From Octopus sinensis (lineage: Eukaryota): a stretch of 64,000 nt of DNA. Each line of letters begins with the position of its first letter. Within the stretch, counting starts at the first letter, position 1. The position numbers were made by a program, and so were the translations under genes. The notes beneath the pieces were generated by a model. That model searched no databases. It had not been told where the DNA came from and saw only the letters and a list, made by a program, of their open reading frames with translations. The stretch covers positions 32,488,001-32,552,000 of the forward strand of contig NC_043000.1 in NCBI RefSeq assembly GCF_006345805.1, written 5' to 3'. Positions 14,497 to 27,540 of this stretch are shown piece by piece.

Positions 14497-15560
14497 GAGA
14501 AAAAACCCTGCGTCCACATACTCCCTCCACAACACTGATATCAAGAAATCCTCTTGCGAGCATGACCTAGGCATCACTGTCAGCAGTGATTTGCGTTTGA
14601 CAAAGCATATCTCTAAAATTGTCAAGAAGGCCGAGGGTGTCTTGGCATCACTCAGCAAGACTTTTGTTACCCGCTCTCCAGCCATCTATTTAAAGCTGTA
14701 TACAGCTATGGTACAACCACACTTGGAATTCACATCATCAGTTTGGAACCCCTATCTTGCTCAGAACATTGACCTCCTGGAATCTGTTCAGAGACGTGCA
14801 ACCAAATGCATACCCTCCATCAGACACCTGCCGTACTCTGAGCGCCTTGTTTCCCTGGGCATGGATTCAGTGAAGCTCCGGCGCCTGGCGATGGACTTGG
14901 TAAACATCCACAAAGTTATCAACCACCTCACCAACAACAACACTGAACACCTTTTTGATCTCCATGTGTCCAACACACGTGGACATGCCTACAAAGTCAG
15001 AAAACAGCACAGCTCCCATGACTTTCAGAAACATTTTTTCACGCTCAGAGTTGCTGAAGCATGGAACAAACTGCCTGTGTCAGTTGTTGACTGCCATGAC
15101 ACTGCATCCTTTAAGGCCCTCATGCTTTCCGAAATCCGCCGAAACTACACCTATTTCTTTATTACCCACAAGGGGCTAAACACAGAGGGGACAAACAAGG
15201 ACAGACATAGGTATTAAGTCGATTACATCGACCCCAGTGCGTAACTGGTACTTAATTTATCGACCCCGAAAGGATGAAAGGCAAAGTCAACCTCGGCGGA
15301 ATTTGAACTCACAACGTAACGCAGACAAAATACCGCTAAGCATTTTGCCCGGTGTGCTAACGTTTCTGCCAGCTCTCCGAAACTACACCTGATTGTCCCC
15401 CTTCCATACTCATACACATATGTGTATGTCATGACTCATGCACTGTTCTTTTCCTGACGCTTGTACATTACCCTATGTACTATACATACACTTTAGATGA
15501 GTTGTAGTGCACCTGAGCACAGTACACAATGTTTTATTATTATCATTATTATTATTAAAA
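14497..15560 (+). mobile_element. CR1-clade LINE 3' fragment (RT C-terminus plus 3' UTR), interrupted by a SINE
   Basis: HDLGITV, PHLEFTSSVWNP, LESVQRRATK, RGHAYK, FFTLRVAEAWNKLP. (ATT)n tail. Confidence 0.92.
15153..15376 (-). mobile_element. SINE family A nested in CR1, 14-bp TSD ccgaaactacacct (15139-15152 and 15377-15390)
   Basis: Exact direct repeats. The corresponding empty site is seen in the second CR1 copy near 29200. Confidence 0.92.
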
Positions 15561-15619
15561 GCAAAAGAGAACACGCACACACGCACACATTTATTTATAA
15601 ATTCTTTATTGCATTTTAG

Positions 15620-15759
15620 GAGACCTGATTCCTCAACATAAGGCTTTATTTGCCAAGAATCCATCATTTTCTTCTGTAAGAATCCCAGAAGTAAAAGAAA
15701 AGAAATCTATCCGAAAGCGCTTCTCAAAGTTTTCTTCTGACGCTGTACTCTTTATTGAG
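15620..15759 (+). CDS. CDKL2: CDKL2/3-like kinase exon 5 (DLIPQHKALFAKNP...DAVLFIE)
   Basis: ttttag| acceptor, GAG|gtaaat donor, 140 nt, phase 1-0, CDKL-type insert before subdomain XI. Confidence 0.9.
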
Positions 15760-16204
15760 GTAAATATATTCGGTTTCTTGAATTTTTGGAGAAAAATCTT
15801 CAAATTAATTCTTCAAAAGGAATTAATCATTAGTGTTTATGTTACAAAGTGTTATCCTAGTCCCTTATAGCAGCACTATAAAGTCAGTACTGTGACAGTC
15901 ATGTGACAGTCATGGTCAGTAGTAGGAGAGTTGTTGTAGGAGTTCTCAGTTGAAATCAGTGTCAGTTACGTGATATATATGAGTTCAAGGCAGACGTTTG
16001 AAAGTGATTGTCTTGCAGAGCTATCGGTAATAGCGTGATTGACGAGTCAAAGATAATGAGAGGTGGGAATAGTGGCAAACATGTTAGGGGTGACAAGAAC
16101 AGTTACAGTGCCTATAACAAGGTAACAAAGGGAAGAGAGGACAGCACACACGCATAATAAAGCTTTGTAAGAGAGGGACAAAGTCATGCACACTGTCACA
16201 TACA

Positions 16205-16383
16205 TATATGAAAGGCACACACACATGCACACCCAGTACAGTTGTGCAAACACACACACGTACACACAAACACACACACACACAAACACCCACACAAACA
16301 CACACATGCAAACACACACACAAATACATACACACAAACACACAAACACACACACAAACACACTCACAAACACATACACACAA

Positions 16384-16430
<47 letters not shown>
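16205..16430. repeat. Compound (CA)n microsatellite; similar arrays at 7590-7685, 25300-25660 and 55600-55860
   Basis: Direct reading; these arrays generate the HT/CV-repeat ORFs in the track. Confidence 0.95.
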
Positions 16431-16433
<3 letters not shown>

Positions 16434-19400
16434 TCACCCGAATCAATTTTTCAGATAACCACAAGACCCAAGAGCTCAGCCTTGGTTTAAACAAAACAGC
16501 CTTGTCTCTTTTTTAGTGACTGCTTTCGATTCTGTAAAGGAGAAAAGTTAAATAAATCCCAAAAGAAAATGTACACATTTATATTTATAATCCATGATGT
16601 ATTCGGCCATGTATTCGGCCATTAACCTAAAAACCAATTACCACACATTTTACAAAGTTAATTTGTAAGTGGAACAGTAAAAATATGAAAGGCTTTTCAA
16701 AAGTTTAGCTTATAACTTTTCACTGTTGCTGTTATTTAAATTCCAGTAAAGGATGCAAGATGACAACAAACCCCACCTTTATTTTTTTTTATTTCTGAGT
16801 GAAGGTAAAGTGATGGGGGTATGGCTAAGGTCAAGTGGTCAAGAAGTTCACTTTGTGTGCAGGGTAGTTCCTTGGTTTGCTGTCTACTATTATAGCCTTG
16901 GTTGTACCAAAGTCTTCTAACTAGAATGTGGTAAATGGAAACTGTGTCGAAGCCCATCAGTGAAATTGATCTGATTCTGAGAATTTTGAGAAGATTTTCT
17001 TACTCCTTCTCCAAGTTTCTTAACAGACTGCACCTTGTTGCAAACGCTGAGATTAGTTTTCCAGTCGGAGCATATCTTCTTCCCATCTTCCCTTTGGTTA
17101 CTGAGTCTTTGCAAAGTGTCATGAACTTAGCTCCTTCTCCTTTGACAATGTGAATTCTTCCCATAGTTAGAATTGAAATAATAATATAATATAAGGTGGC
17201 GAGCTGGCAGAATCGTTAGCACGCTGGGCGAAATGCTTAGCGGTATTTCGTCTGCCGTTACGTTCTGAGTTCAAATTCTGCTGAGGTAGACTTTGCCTTT
17301 CATCCTTTCGGGGTCGATAAATTAAGTACCAGTTACACACTGGGGTCGATGTAATCGACTTAATGTCCTTGTTTGTCCCCTCTATGTTTAGCCCCTTGTG
17401 GGCAATAAAGAAATAAGAACTGAAATAATAATAAAAAGAAAAAAAAACGGTAAAACTGTGTTTATTCATTTTCAAATTGTTCTTGTAGATTTGAATATCA
17501 ATATACTTGTAACATATGGTCACTAAAGTAAGCTGGAAGAAATGTCTCCTATATGTAATGTGTTCGAGTTGTAACATAATGTGTGTAGCTAGCATTTTTT
17601 TAAAGACAATTCATAGAAAGAATTAATTTTTAGTGATTTCTGAAAGAAGCGTGAATAAAGAATATTCAGAAGACAAGTGTATAAAGCAAAAGCATTGAAA
17701 TTTATTCAGAAGTGTAATGAGTGTTAGCAAGTGGTAACAAGGATTAATCTTGCATATGAATGGGAATTAAATATATGTGTATGCGAGACAGGGAAAATCG
17801 CATGACTTACTATATACACTGAGGTTTATATGAAGCAAAGTGGAAGCTGATATGCATCAAAGGAGTTGCGTGTAGTTGGTAGTGGACGCTGAAAATGTGA
17901 CATGTCAAAGAGAGTGATGTTGCTTCTATGTCGTCAAATCTGCAAGCTATTTCAAAAAGATATGTCATTCTGCTGGACGGAAATTGCTACTTGTCTTATT
18001 ACACCTCCTGCTCTGATTGGCTGAAGTCTGCCAAAGCACAACTGACCTAAGCCGCAAACTCAAAATAGATCATTCCTGTCTCACTGCATACTGATTGCTG
18101 TTGAATTTCATCATTGAAGAACGTCTCCTTTCGTTCGACAATGTGTGTTCATAACAGATGCAATTTATTGATATTAAGGAATTTTGAGACGCTGCAGTGT
18201 TTCTACTTCATGGGGAATCAAAGTTACCCAGGATCAATGAATGTAACAAAGATTACTGACATTTGTTTAAAGAAATCAGCAAACAACTTGTTTCATGATG
18301 TATTCTGATGTCTGACAAACAGATAATAATTCATGAAATACATGTAGAACAGTGAAAATCTAAACAAAGCTATATCCATTTATTTTTGATATGCTGTAGC
18401 AGATTCAAACATGTCTATCTGACCGCTGCTGATTTTCATCATCAGAAACATCCCCTGCCTTTAGATGATACTCTTTACTCTTTACTCTTTTACTTGTTTC
18501 AGTCATTTGACTGTGGCCATGCTGGAGCACCACCTTTAGTCGAGCAAATCGACCCCGGGACTTATTCTTTGTAAGCCCAGTACTTATTCTATCAGTCACT
18601 TTTTGCCGAAGCGCTAAGTTACGGGGACGTAAACACACCAGCATCGCTTGTCAATTGATGGTGGGGGGGACAAACACAGACACACAAACATATACACACA
18701 CATACATATATATATACATATATACGACAGGCTTCTTTCAGTTTCCGTCTACCAAATCCACTCACAAGGCATTGGTCGGCCCGAGGCTATAGCAGAAGAC
18801 ACTTGCCCAAGATGCCACGCAGTGGGACTGAACCCGGAACCATGTGGTTGGTAAGCAAGCTACTTACCACACAGCCACTCCTGCACCTATGATGTACATA
18901 AAACACACAATTCATTGACATTTTTGAGGAGACTTTGAGACACCACAGATCAATGAATCTGAACAAGAGTACAGGCTCTTGATTATAGAAATCAATCAAC
19001 AAATTTAAAAATATTGAATTTCTAAATGTCTCAGAGAGACATGAGCGGTGGTGGGGTGATATAGTGGTTGTATACTGTCAACACAACGTGACAGTCCCAT
19101 AAAGGGAATCACACCACCGCTATTTAGCCCTAGGAAGCATCAACGCTTCCAGTCGGCTTTGACACATTTCTTGAGTCCTTATATTTGCAAAGGGGAGGCA
19201 AGCACCCCCCACCAGCTAGTTGTACTGACCTGGCACTGGCAGCAATAACAACAACTAAAATAAAAATCAAAACTTAATGAGAAACCGACCGAAGGCCCAT
19301 TTTTCCTTTTTATATATCTCTTAGTACCAACACAGCTCTTTAGTCAGTTTTTTCCCAGTTGGTTAAAGAAGAAAGGCTCATAGCCATTTTCAGATGCTCC

Positions 19401-19797
19401 AAGACTGGCTGGAGGTTACCTTCAGACCTGAGGCCTGACCAAAATACTTGCAATAGAGTGAACTCTGCCTTAAACACTTGTGGACCAGGTGATGGTTAGA
19501 AAGCAGGCAACAAGTTTAATAAAAATTTGCAATAAATCTCTGAATTGTTCTTACCTTAGTAATTAAAATTAGGTTGTTGGTGACTAGGAGATTTCAATGT
19601 ATAATCTGAGAAAATGGTACAGAACCAATCATGGTGTAAGATGGTACCATCCAGAAGACATGAGTGAGAAAGAGCCATTGTTGAATCAGTCACACGTTAT
19701 TTTACTTTTTGTATTTTGTTTTAAATAATCTAAACAATGTCTAAATTAATGCAGTATCAACATTTTAAAGTGAAATCTTTTATTGTATTAATTTCAG

Positions 19798-20022
19798 GAA
19801 TGTTTAAACTTGGACCCTAACTACAGACCAACATGTACACAATTACTTAAAAAAGGGTTTTTTCAAAAAGACAGTTTTTGTTCAAAATTCCCTCAAGAAA
19901 TTCGAGCCAAAATACATCGTGAAAAACATAGCAAACATTTACAAAAAGTTCATCATAAGTCAAGCGATATTGTGAAATATGAAGAGAAAAAGAATAAACA
20001 GAAAGAAAAAGAAGCAGGAAAG
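19798..20022 (+). CDS. CDKL2: CDKL2/3-like kinase exon 6 (ECLNLDPNYRPTCTQLL...KEKEAGK)
   Basis: tttcag| acceptor, AAG|gtgaat donor, 225 nt, phase 0-0, subdomain XI DPxxRP followed by a Lys-rich tail. Confidence 0.92.
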
Positions 20023-21726
20023 GTGAATCAGTTAAGGAAATATTGTAGTAGATAAGGAGTAGTTGGCATTAGGAAGGGCATCCAGCTGTAGAAATATTGC
20101 CTGATCAGATTAGAGCCTGGTGCAGGTCCCCTGGCTTTCCAGACTTCAGTCAAACCGTCCAACCCATGCCATCATGGAAAATGAACGTTAAACGATGATG
20201 ATAATGATGAGGAAGGTAGAATGATGGAATATAACATACTTTGGGTGACATGGCGGAAAACCAGAATGTATACATTGCAAGCTTTGACTGATATGTGTTT
20301 GTGTACGAGCGTGTATGTGTGTACATGTGTGTACGAGGGCATGAGTGAGGAGTTTTTGTATGTACTATGATATGTGTGTGTATGGGATGGAATGCAAGTT
20401 ATGTATGTGGAAGTGTGTGGAAGATAAATGGGGAGAGAAAAGTGGGGAACAGCAGAGGAAAGGAGAATGAGTGGAAAAAGAGAAATGGAAGCCTGTTACA
20501 AGAAGGAGAAATTAAGTACCAGTTATGCATTGAGGAATGTTAAGTCCAAGTGGCATTTGAGTTTTCAGTGTGAAGATGTATTGTTGCACCTGGTGATGTT
20601 TGGTGATGGAGGTGGTAATGGTGGTGATTCCCTGGGGTAAGTCTAAGCTGAAGACAGCGAGGCGTTTGATGGAGTAGTTGGTCAAGCAGAAGCGAAGAGT
20701 GACAGGGATATTTTTTGGTGGCAGATGTCTCTGAATTGTTCAGTAAATCTTTATTTCTTTATTGCCCGCAAGGGGCTAGACATAGTGGGGACAAACAAGG
20801 GCAGACAAACAGATTAAGTCGATTACATCGACCCCAGTGCGTAACTGGTACTTAATTTCTCGACTCCGAAAGGATGAAAGGCAAAGTCAACCTCAGCAGA
20901 ATTTGAACTCAGAACGTAGTGGCAGACGATATACCTATTTCTTTACTACCCACAAGGGACTAAACATGGAAGGGACAACAAGGACAGACAAACGGATTAA
21001 GTCGATTACATCGACCCCAGTGCATAACTGGTACTTAAATTCTCGACCCCGAAAGAATCAAAGAATTTGAACTCAGAACATAGCGGCAGACGAAATGCTA
21101 CTAAGCATTTCGCCCGGCATGCTAACATTTCTGCCAGCTCGTTGCCTTGTTCTGTAAATCTGTTGGGTCGATGGTGGCTAGAGTAACCAACATATAATGA
21201 TCCCCAAAGGATACATCTGAGGCAACAGGTGATGTTAAAAGAGGTACAGGAGAAAGAGTCATGGATGTGAATAGTGCGATGGTTGGTTCCAGCGAGGGAG
21301 ATGGTGTTGGGTGATGAACGGACAGGTGTGACACCAGGGTCTGGAGCAAGGGAAGGAACCAGGATGGGTAGAAGTGGAGAGGGAAAGAGAGAGAGAGAGA
21401 GAGCTATGAACCAATAGGCTGCATAGATTTTGGAGAGGTAAGTTGGGAATTACAGGGAGGGTTGTAGGATTGGCTAGGGGAAGTTGGAAGACCCATAGGA
21501 TTTTCAAATGAAGAGGTGGAAAAGGAGGGGAAAGGGATGCAATTAGGAGATGAGTGTGGGCAAGGAGACAGGGCTGAGGTGCAATCAACTTGGCAAACAA
21601 GGGTGGCAAGGACATAATCCATATATTATGGTTTCACTTAGGCATAGTGATGCTAGTAAACAGCAGTTAGAATTCAATGTATGAATGCTTTACAGTAAAA
21701 GTGTCAGGAAAGTAGACAACATAGTA

Positions 21727-22400
21727 TTCTTTCCTACTCTAGGCACAAGGCCTGAAATTTTGAGGGAGGGGACCAGTCGATTAGATCGACCTCACAACTT
21801 AATTTATTGACCTCAAAAGGATGAAAGGCAAAATGAACTACAGCGGAATTTGAACTCAGAACGTAAAGATGGACAAAATACCGCTAAGCATTTTGCCTCC
21901 CATGCTGATGTTTCTGCCAGCTCGCCACCTTTTCATCTTCAAAAATTTTTTTTTTTTCTACTCTAGGCACAAATCCCAAAATTTTGGGGTAGGGGGCCAG
22001 TCAATTAGATTGATCCCAGTGCACAACTGGTACTTAATTTATTGACCCCGAAAGGATGAAAGGCAAAGTGGACTACAGTGGAATTTGAACTAAGAACGTA
22101 AAGATGGACAAAATACCGCTAAGCATTTCGCCTGCAATGCTGACATTTCTGCTAGCTCGCCGCCTTTTCATCTTCAAAATTTTTTTTTCTACTCTAAGCA
22201 CAAATCCCCAAAGTTTTGGAGAGGGGGGGAGGCAGTCGATTAGATCGACCCCAGTGTACAACTGGTACTTAAGTTATCGACCCCGAAAGGATTGAAAGGC
22301 AAAGTCAACTTCGGTGAAATTTGAACTCAGAATGTAAAGACAGACGATATACTGCTAAGCATTTCACCCGGCATGTTAATGTTTCTGCTAGCTCACCACC
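21727..22400 (-). repeat. Tandem triplication of a SINE-A unit of about 235 bp
   Basis: Three head-to-tail copies; adjacent copies share private variants and the spacer ttttcatcttcaaaattttttt. Confidence 0.85.
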
Positions 22401-22493
22401 TTTAGACAGCATAATATTAATGAATGAATGACAAAAGAACAGGAATTATGTAATCATCTTGACTTGTTTACTGTTGTTTTTTTTTTTTATAAG

Positions 22494-22510
22494 AAGCATT
22501 GCACGCAAAG
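22494..22510 (+). other. Candidate 17-nt micro-exon of the CDKL gene
   Basis: Long U-rich tract ending ataag|, then AAGCATTGCACGCAAAG, then consensus donor |gtgagt. Length is not a multiple of 3. Confidence 0.5.
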
Positions 22511-22868
22511 GTGAGTGTTTGTAGAACATGCTGTAGCTTTGTTGGAGTCATTAAGATGAAGTGAATGTTTATTTTGGAAAGCAGTTCAAACATCCAAAAA
22601 ACGATCAAAGACCTTTCCTAGGCCATTGGTTTGTAGGATCAGTTCCTCAGATTCTGTGATGTATCACATTCCCCTCTTGGACGGTATGCTGCCTTGTTTT
22701 TGCCAGCTGAGTGGATTGGAGCAATGTGAAATGAAGTGTCTTGTTCAAGAACACAATGCATTACCAGGTCCACGAATTGAAACCACAATCTTATGATCAT
22801 GAGTGCAACAGCCTCATCACTTGGCCACACACCTCCACAGTCAAATACATATGCACACACATATATGA

Positions 22869-22916
<48 letters not shown>

Positions 22917-22917
22917 G

Positions 22918-23800
22918 CTCATGGGGATCATTAGAAGTTGTAGACAGCTGTTTCCAAGGAGACCAAGTTAGTAGTGGTAGAAGGAGATCTGAAAATGTAA
23001 TTGCTAGAATAAGAATGGGCTGGGCAGAGAGCTTCTACCTTTGTTGGTGACTAAGGGCCTCTCCCTCAGTGTTAAAGGCAGACTGTAAGATGTCTGTGTG
23101 TATGTACAGCTATGTTACATGGCAGTGAAACATGGGCTTTGACTACAGGAGGACATGTGAAGAAATGAAAGTAGCATGCTCTGCTGGGATGGGTAATGTC
23201 AGTGTGTGTGTGCATGAGAGAGTGTGAATGATTTTCAGAGGAAAACTGGGTGTAAGAGGTATCAGATGTTGTATGCAAGAGAGAAGACTGCAATGGTTTG
23301 GTCATGTGATGCGTATGGATGAGGATAGCTGCATAAAGAAGTGCTGAGCTCTAATTGTGGAAGGGTTAGACCCAGGAATGGGTGGGACGAAGTGGTGAAA
23401 AAGGATCTTCATAAGCTGGGCCTCACTGAGGAAATGACAAAGGGCCAGGAGATGTGGTGATTTGCTGTACTTGATAAAAATTGCGTCAGGCTAAATAAAA
23501 TCCCTGTCTTCCGCACATACAGGCTGGTCCTTTCAGGTGCCAGTGCCCCATAAAAAGCACCCATGCCAGTGTCACATGACATGCACTCATGCTGGTGCAG
23601 CATAAATGCCCCAGTGCCAGTGGCACATAAGAAGCATCCAGCACACTCTGCTAAGTGGTTGGTGTAAGGAAGGGCATCCAGCTGTAGAAACCATGCCACA
23701 ACAAACAAGTGGAGTCTGAACATCTTCCAGCTAGCCAGCTCTATGTCAAACGGTCCAGCCCCTGCCAGCATGGAAAGCAGATGTTAAACGATGATCATTA
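22918..23800 (+). mobile_element. RTE-clade LINE 3' fragment running into the family C tail; similar fragments at about 26555-27075, 27600-27930 and 62165-62940
   Basis: GSLEVVDS, LHGSETWAL and LxWFGHVMRMDEDSC-like decayed translations, followed by ggaagggcatccagctgtagaaac...gttaaacgatgat. Confidence 0.75.
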
Positions 23801-24548
23801 TGATGATGATACATGTGTATGTGTGTGTGTGTTTATGTAAATATGTGTATGCATGTACACTCACACACACATACACACACATATGCATACACATACACAT
23901 CATACTTTACATGTCATTATAGAATACTGGAATACCATCATCATCATCATCATCATTTAACATCCATTGTGTTCCAGTGTGGCCATGTATTCTGCTCTGA
24001 CCAATGATATTGCAGAAGCACAGCTGAACCCTTCCATGCACTTCATAAGCGCCAAGGGTTATCCACCTGCAAGCCAAGCCATTATTTGGGAATGGAACCA
24101 TGGAAGGGTGAACTGTGGATCCCTTTTCAAAACCCTCGAAGGCAGTGATGACTCGACAACAAGGGATTAAGCTCAGGACACTGAGGATGGGATGGGATAT
24201 GCGACTCCTCTCACATCGTGTCCAACAGTTGCAGTCAGTAGATGATGATGATGATGGTAAAACATTCATCATCATCATCACCATCATTATTTTACGTCTG
24301 TTCTCAGCGCAGGGGTAGGTTGAAGAGAAAAATTAATGAAGGCTGCTGTAAACTAGGATTTGATCCTGGGTCATTGTTTCCACTGTATGGGATCATAACC
24401 ATTAAAATATCACAGCTGTTGTCCCTTGAGGGATAGGCTATTTATACAATCAATGGTTTTAGCAAAGAAGTTTATCAATTTTATTCAGGAAAGAAAATTG
24501 TTATTTATGAGTACGGAACCTGATTTTGTGATTGGAGGAAATTTATAG

Positions 24549-24772
24549 TTGATCTTTAATGAATTTTTTAAGGAAAATAATGGAAGAATTAACAAGAAAC
24601 CAACGGAAGTATCGAAATGGTTCAGCATATTTCCTCATGTGGAACAAGAAAAAAAGTTGACACATTCATGGAACGAAGACAATGCCATCCTTAGACCCGA
24701 TCACTGCACTATATCTGATGCCATGCCGCCAATCAGCCATAAATATATTTCTAAACAAAGCATACAAACAAT
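24549..24772 (+). CDS. CDKL2: CDKL C-terminal tail exon (LIFNEFFKENNGR...SIQT); alternative upstream acceptor at 24489
   Basis: Open in phase 0 from tttatag|, donor AT|gtaagt. Phase 2 end matches the next exon. No motif support, so the 5' boundary is uncertain. Confidence 0.6.
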
Positions 24773-25619
24773 GTAAGTTGATTTCTTTTGCAGAGTTCCT
24801 TCTTAATAAGTTCACCATTTCAATATTGCAAGGGCAGCAGGTATCTTTTCACTTTGATCTTTTACTCATTTCAGTCATTAGACTGTAGCCATACTGGGGC
24901 ACAGCATTGAAGAATTGTTAGTCGAATGAATTGATCCTGGGACTTATTCTTTTAAGCCTGGTACTTATTCTGTTGGTCTCTTTAATGGAATTGGTAAGTT
25001 GTGGGGATGTAAACACACCAGCACCGGTTGTCAAGCTGTGGTGCAGCACGAGAACAGACACAAAGACACACTCACATAGATATATACATACGCACGCACA
25101 CACACACACATGCACGCACACACACACTCACATATATATATACGACGGGCTTCTTTCAGTTTCCATCTGTCAAATCAACTCACAAGGCTTTGGTTGGTCC
25201 GAGGCTATAGTAGAAGACACTTGCCCAAGGTGACAGCGCGGTGGAATGGGACCCAGAACCATGTGGTTGAGAATTAAACTTCTTACCACATGGCCACACC
25301 TGCACCTGTATACACATATGACACACACACACACACACACACATGCACACGCACATGCACACACACACATAAACATGCACACACACATAAACACACACAC
25401 ATACACACGCACACACACACACACACACATACACATGCACACATACACATGCACACACACACACAAACACATGCACACACATACACATGCACACACACAC
25501 ACAAACACATACACACACACACATATATACGACGGGCTTCTTTCAGTTTCCATCTGCCAAATCAACTCACATACACACACAGACATACACATGCACACAC
25601 ACACACACACATACACATG

Positions 25620-25659
<40 letters not shown>

Positions 25660-27156
25660 CATTTGGTGCTAATATCTCTTCTTGCCATCTCTTATTGCCA
25701 TCGTTGTCTTAACCATCATTGTTGTCATCATCACTGTTGTTGTTTTCATGACCATCATCATCATTCTTGCGACTGTGGAATTGCATGACATGGACATGGT
25801 TTCTTCAGTACTTCTTGTTACATACATAAGTGTGTCTGTGAGTGTGTATACATGCACACACACGCATGTATATATGTATGGAAGGCAGACATTAAATGAT
25901 GATGATGATAATAAATATATATATATATATATATATATACTAGGAGCTAAGCCTGGTTACATTAAAAAACAATTTTAGAATGACTTTTTCTTGTCACAAT
26001 GCTAAAAAAACTGACCAACAAAAAAAAAACAACCAGCATTCAACCAAATCAAAAAATAAACCCAAATACTAAACGAATAAAGATGAACCATCCCACTTCC
26101 ATTGTGCGCGCACATGCACACATACACACACACACACATTCACATACCCCTCCCCTTTTAAATACACGCACATATATTCACACAGAGTTGAAACGCTGTT
26201 TGATTTAAGTTTTTCAGCATACAATTTTCATCATCCCACTACCAATTATGACATCACCCCTTCCTTATTTATCTATCATCCTTTCCTCTTACCAAGTATG
26301 ACATCACCCCTTCCTTCCTTATTCATCTACCACCCCTTCCTTTCTCATTCATAAACACAAGAGTATTATTATAGTAGATTATCTTGGTAACCATGGGAGC
26401 TATGAAAAAAATACAAAGCTCAGCATCACCACCGAATCATTCTACACATCTGTGTAATTTTTACGCAATTCCACCCAACCGTTTGACCGTGAATCCCAAG
26501 ACAAGAAAGAATCGCCCATGTCAAATTTATAAGTATATATACATATGACATTAGATATTGTGTGCAAGAGAGGAGACTGCCCTGGTTTGATCATGTGACA
26601 TGTATGGATGACGACAGCCATGTAAAGAAGCACTGAGCTCATATTGTGGAGGGAACCTGTGGAAGGGGTAGACCCAGGAAGACCTGTGGTGAAGTGGTGA
26701 GAAAGGATTTTCAGATGATGGGCATCACTGAGGAAATGACAAGGGGCCAGCAGTTGTGGGGTGATTTGCTGTAGTTGAGAAGATATGTTAAGCTAAGTAA
26801 AATAACTGTCTCCCACACACAGGGGCATGTCTTTAGGAGGGGCCGGTGCCATGTAAAATGCATCCATGATGGTGCTGCATAAATGCACTAGTGCCAGTGG
26901 TATGTAAAAAGCACCCAGCACACTCTGTGAAGTGGTTGGCATTAAGAAAGGCATCCAGCTGGGCAAACCATGTTACTACAGACAACTGGTAGTGTGGACA
27001 GTGCCCCAGCTGGCCTCCTCCTGTCAAACTGTCCAACCCATGCCAACATGGAAAGCAGACGTTAAAAGATGATGATGATGCGAAGTATGTGTGTGTGTGT
27101 GTGTGTAATATATATAGATATATTGTCGTCATCATCAGCAGCAGCAGCAGCAGAAG

Positions 27157-27540
27157 TTGAGGCGCAATGGCCCAATGGTTAGGGCAGTGGACTCGTGGTC
27201 GGAAGATCGCGGTTTCAATTCCCAGTCCAGGCGTTATGTGTGTTTATTGAGTGAAAACACCTAAAGCTCTACGAGGCTCCGGCAGGGTGGTGGTGGCGAC
27301 CCCTGTTATACTCTTTCGCTCCAACTTTCTCTCACTCTTTCTTCCTGTTTCTTATCCCTGACTTTCTATGCAACCGCTGAGCCTGGATGCGCATTCATCC
27401 ATCCGTCGATGCTCTCGGTGTCGGGGGTTGACCTGCTTTCTCTTCTGCGGCTCTTACAAATAGCAAAGGACCACGATTCGGACTTCTCCCATCTTGCGAG
27501 CTCTGGGACGAGGCCGTTCACTCAACAGCAACAGCAACAG
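27157..27540 (+). mobile_element. Distinct tRNA-headed SINE with a (CAACAG)n tail
   Basis: ggcgcaatggcccaatggttagg A box and ggtttcaattccc B box, no acceptor stem. Confidence 0.65.

Noticed and set aside
14438-15217. Longest ORF (259 aa) as a host gene
   Set aside because: It is a 5'-truncated CR1 RT C-terminus running into a SINE.
20569-20636. AG...GT-bounded 68-nt segment as the missing CDKL exon
   Set aside because: Its phase (0-2) does not restore the frame with the 17-nt micro-exon, and it lies in decayed purine-rich repeat-like sequence.
21122-21620. Pro/Ser-rich minus-strand ORFs as a nested gene
   Set aside because: Resembles a decayed LINE endonuclease region (…FGDHYML) and low-complexity sequence. 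No splice or homology support.
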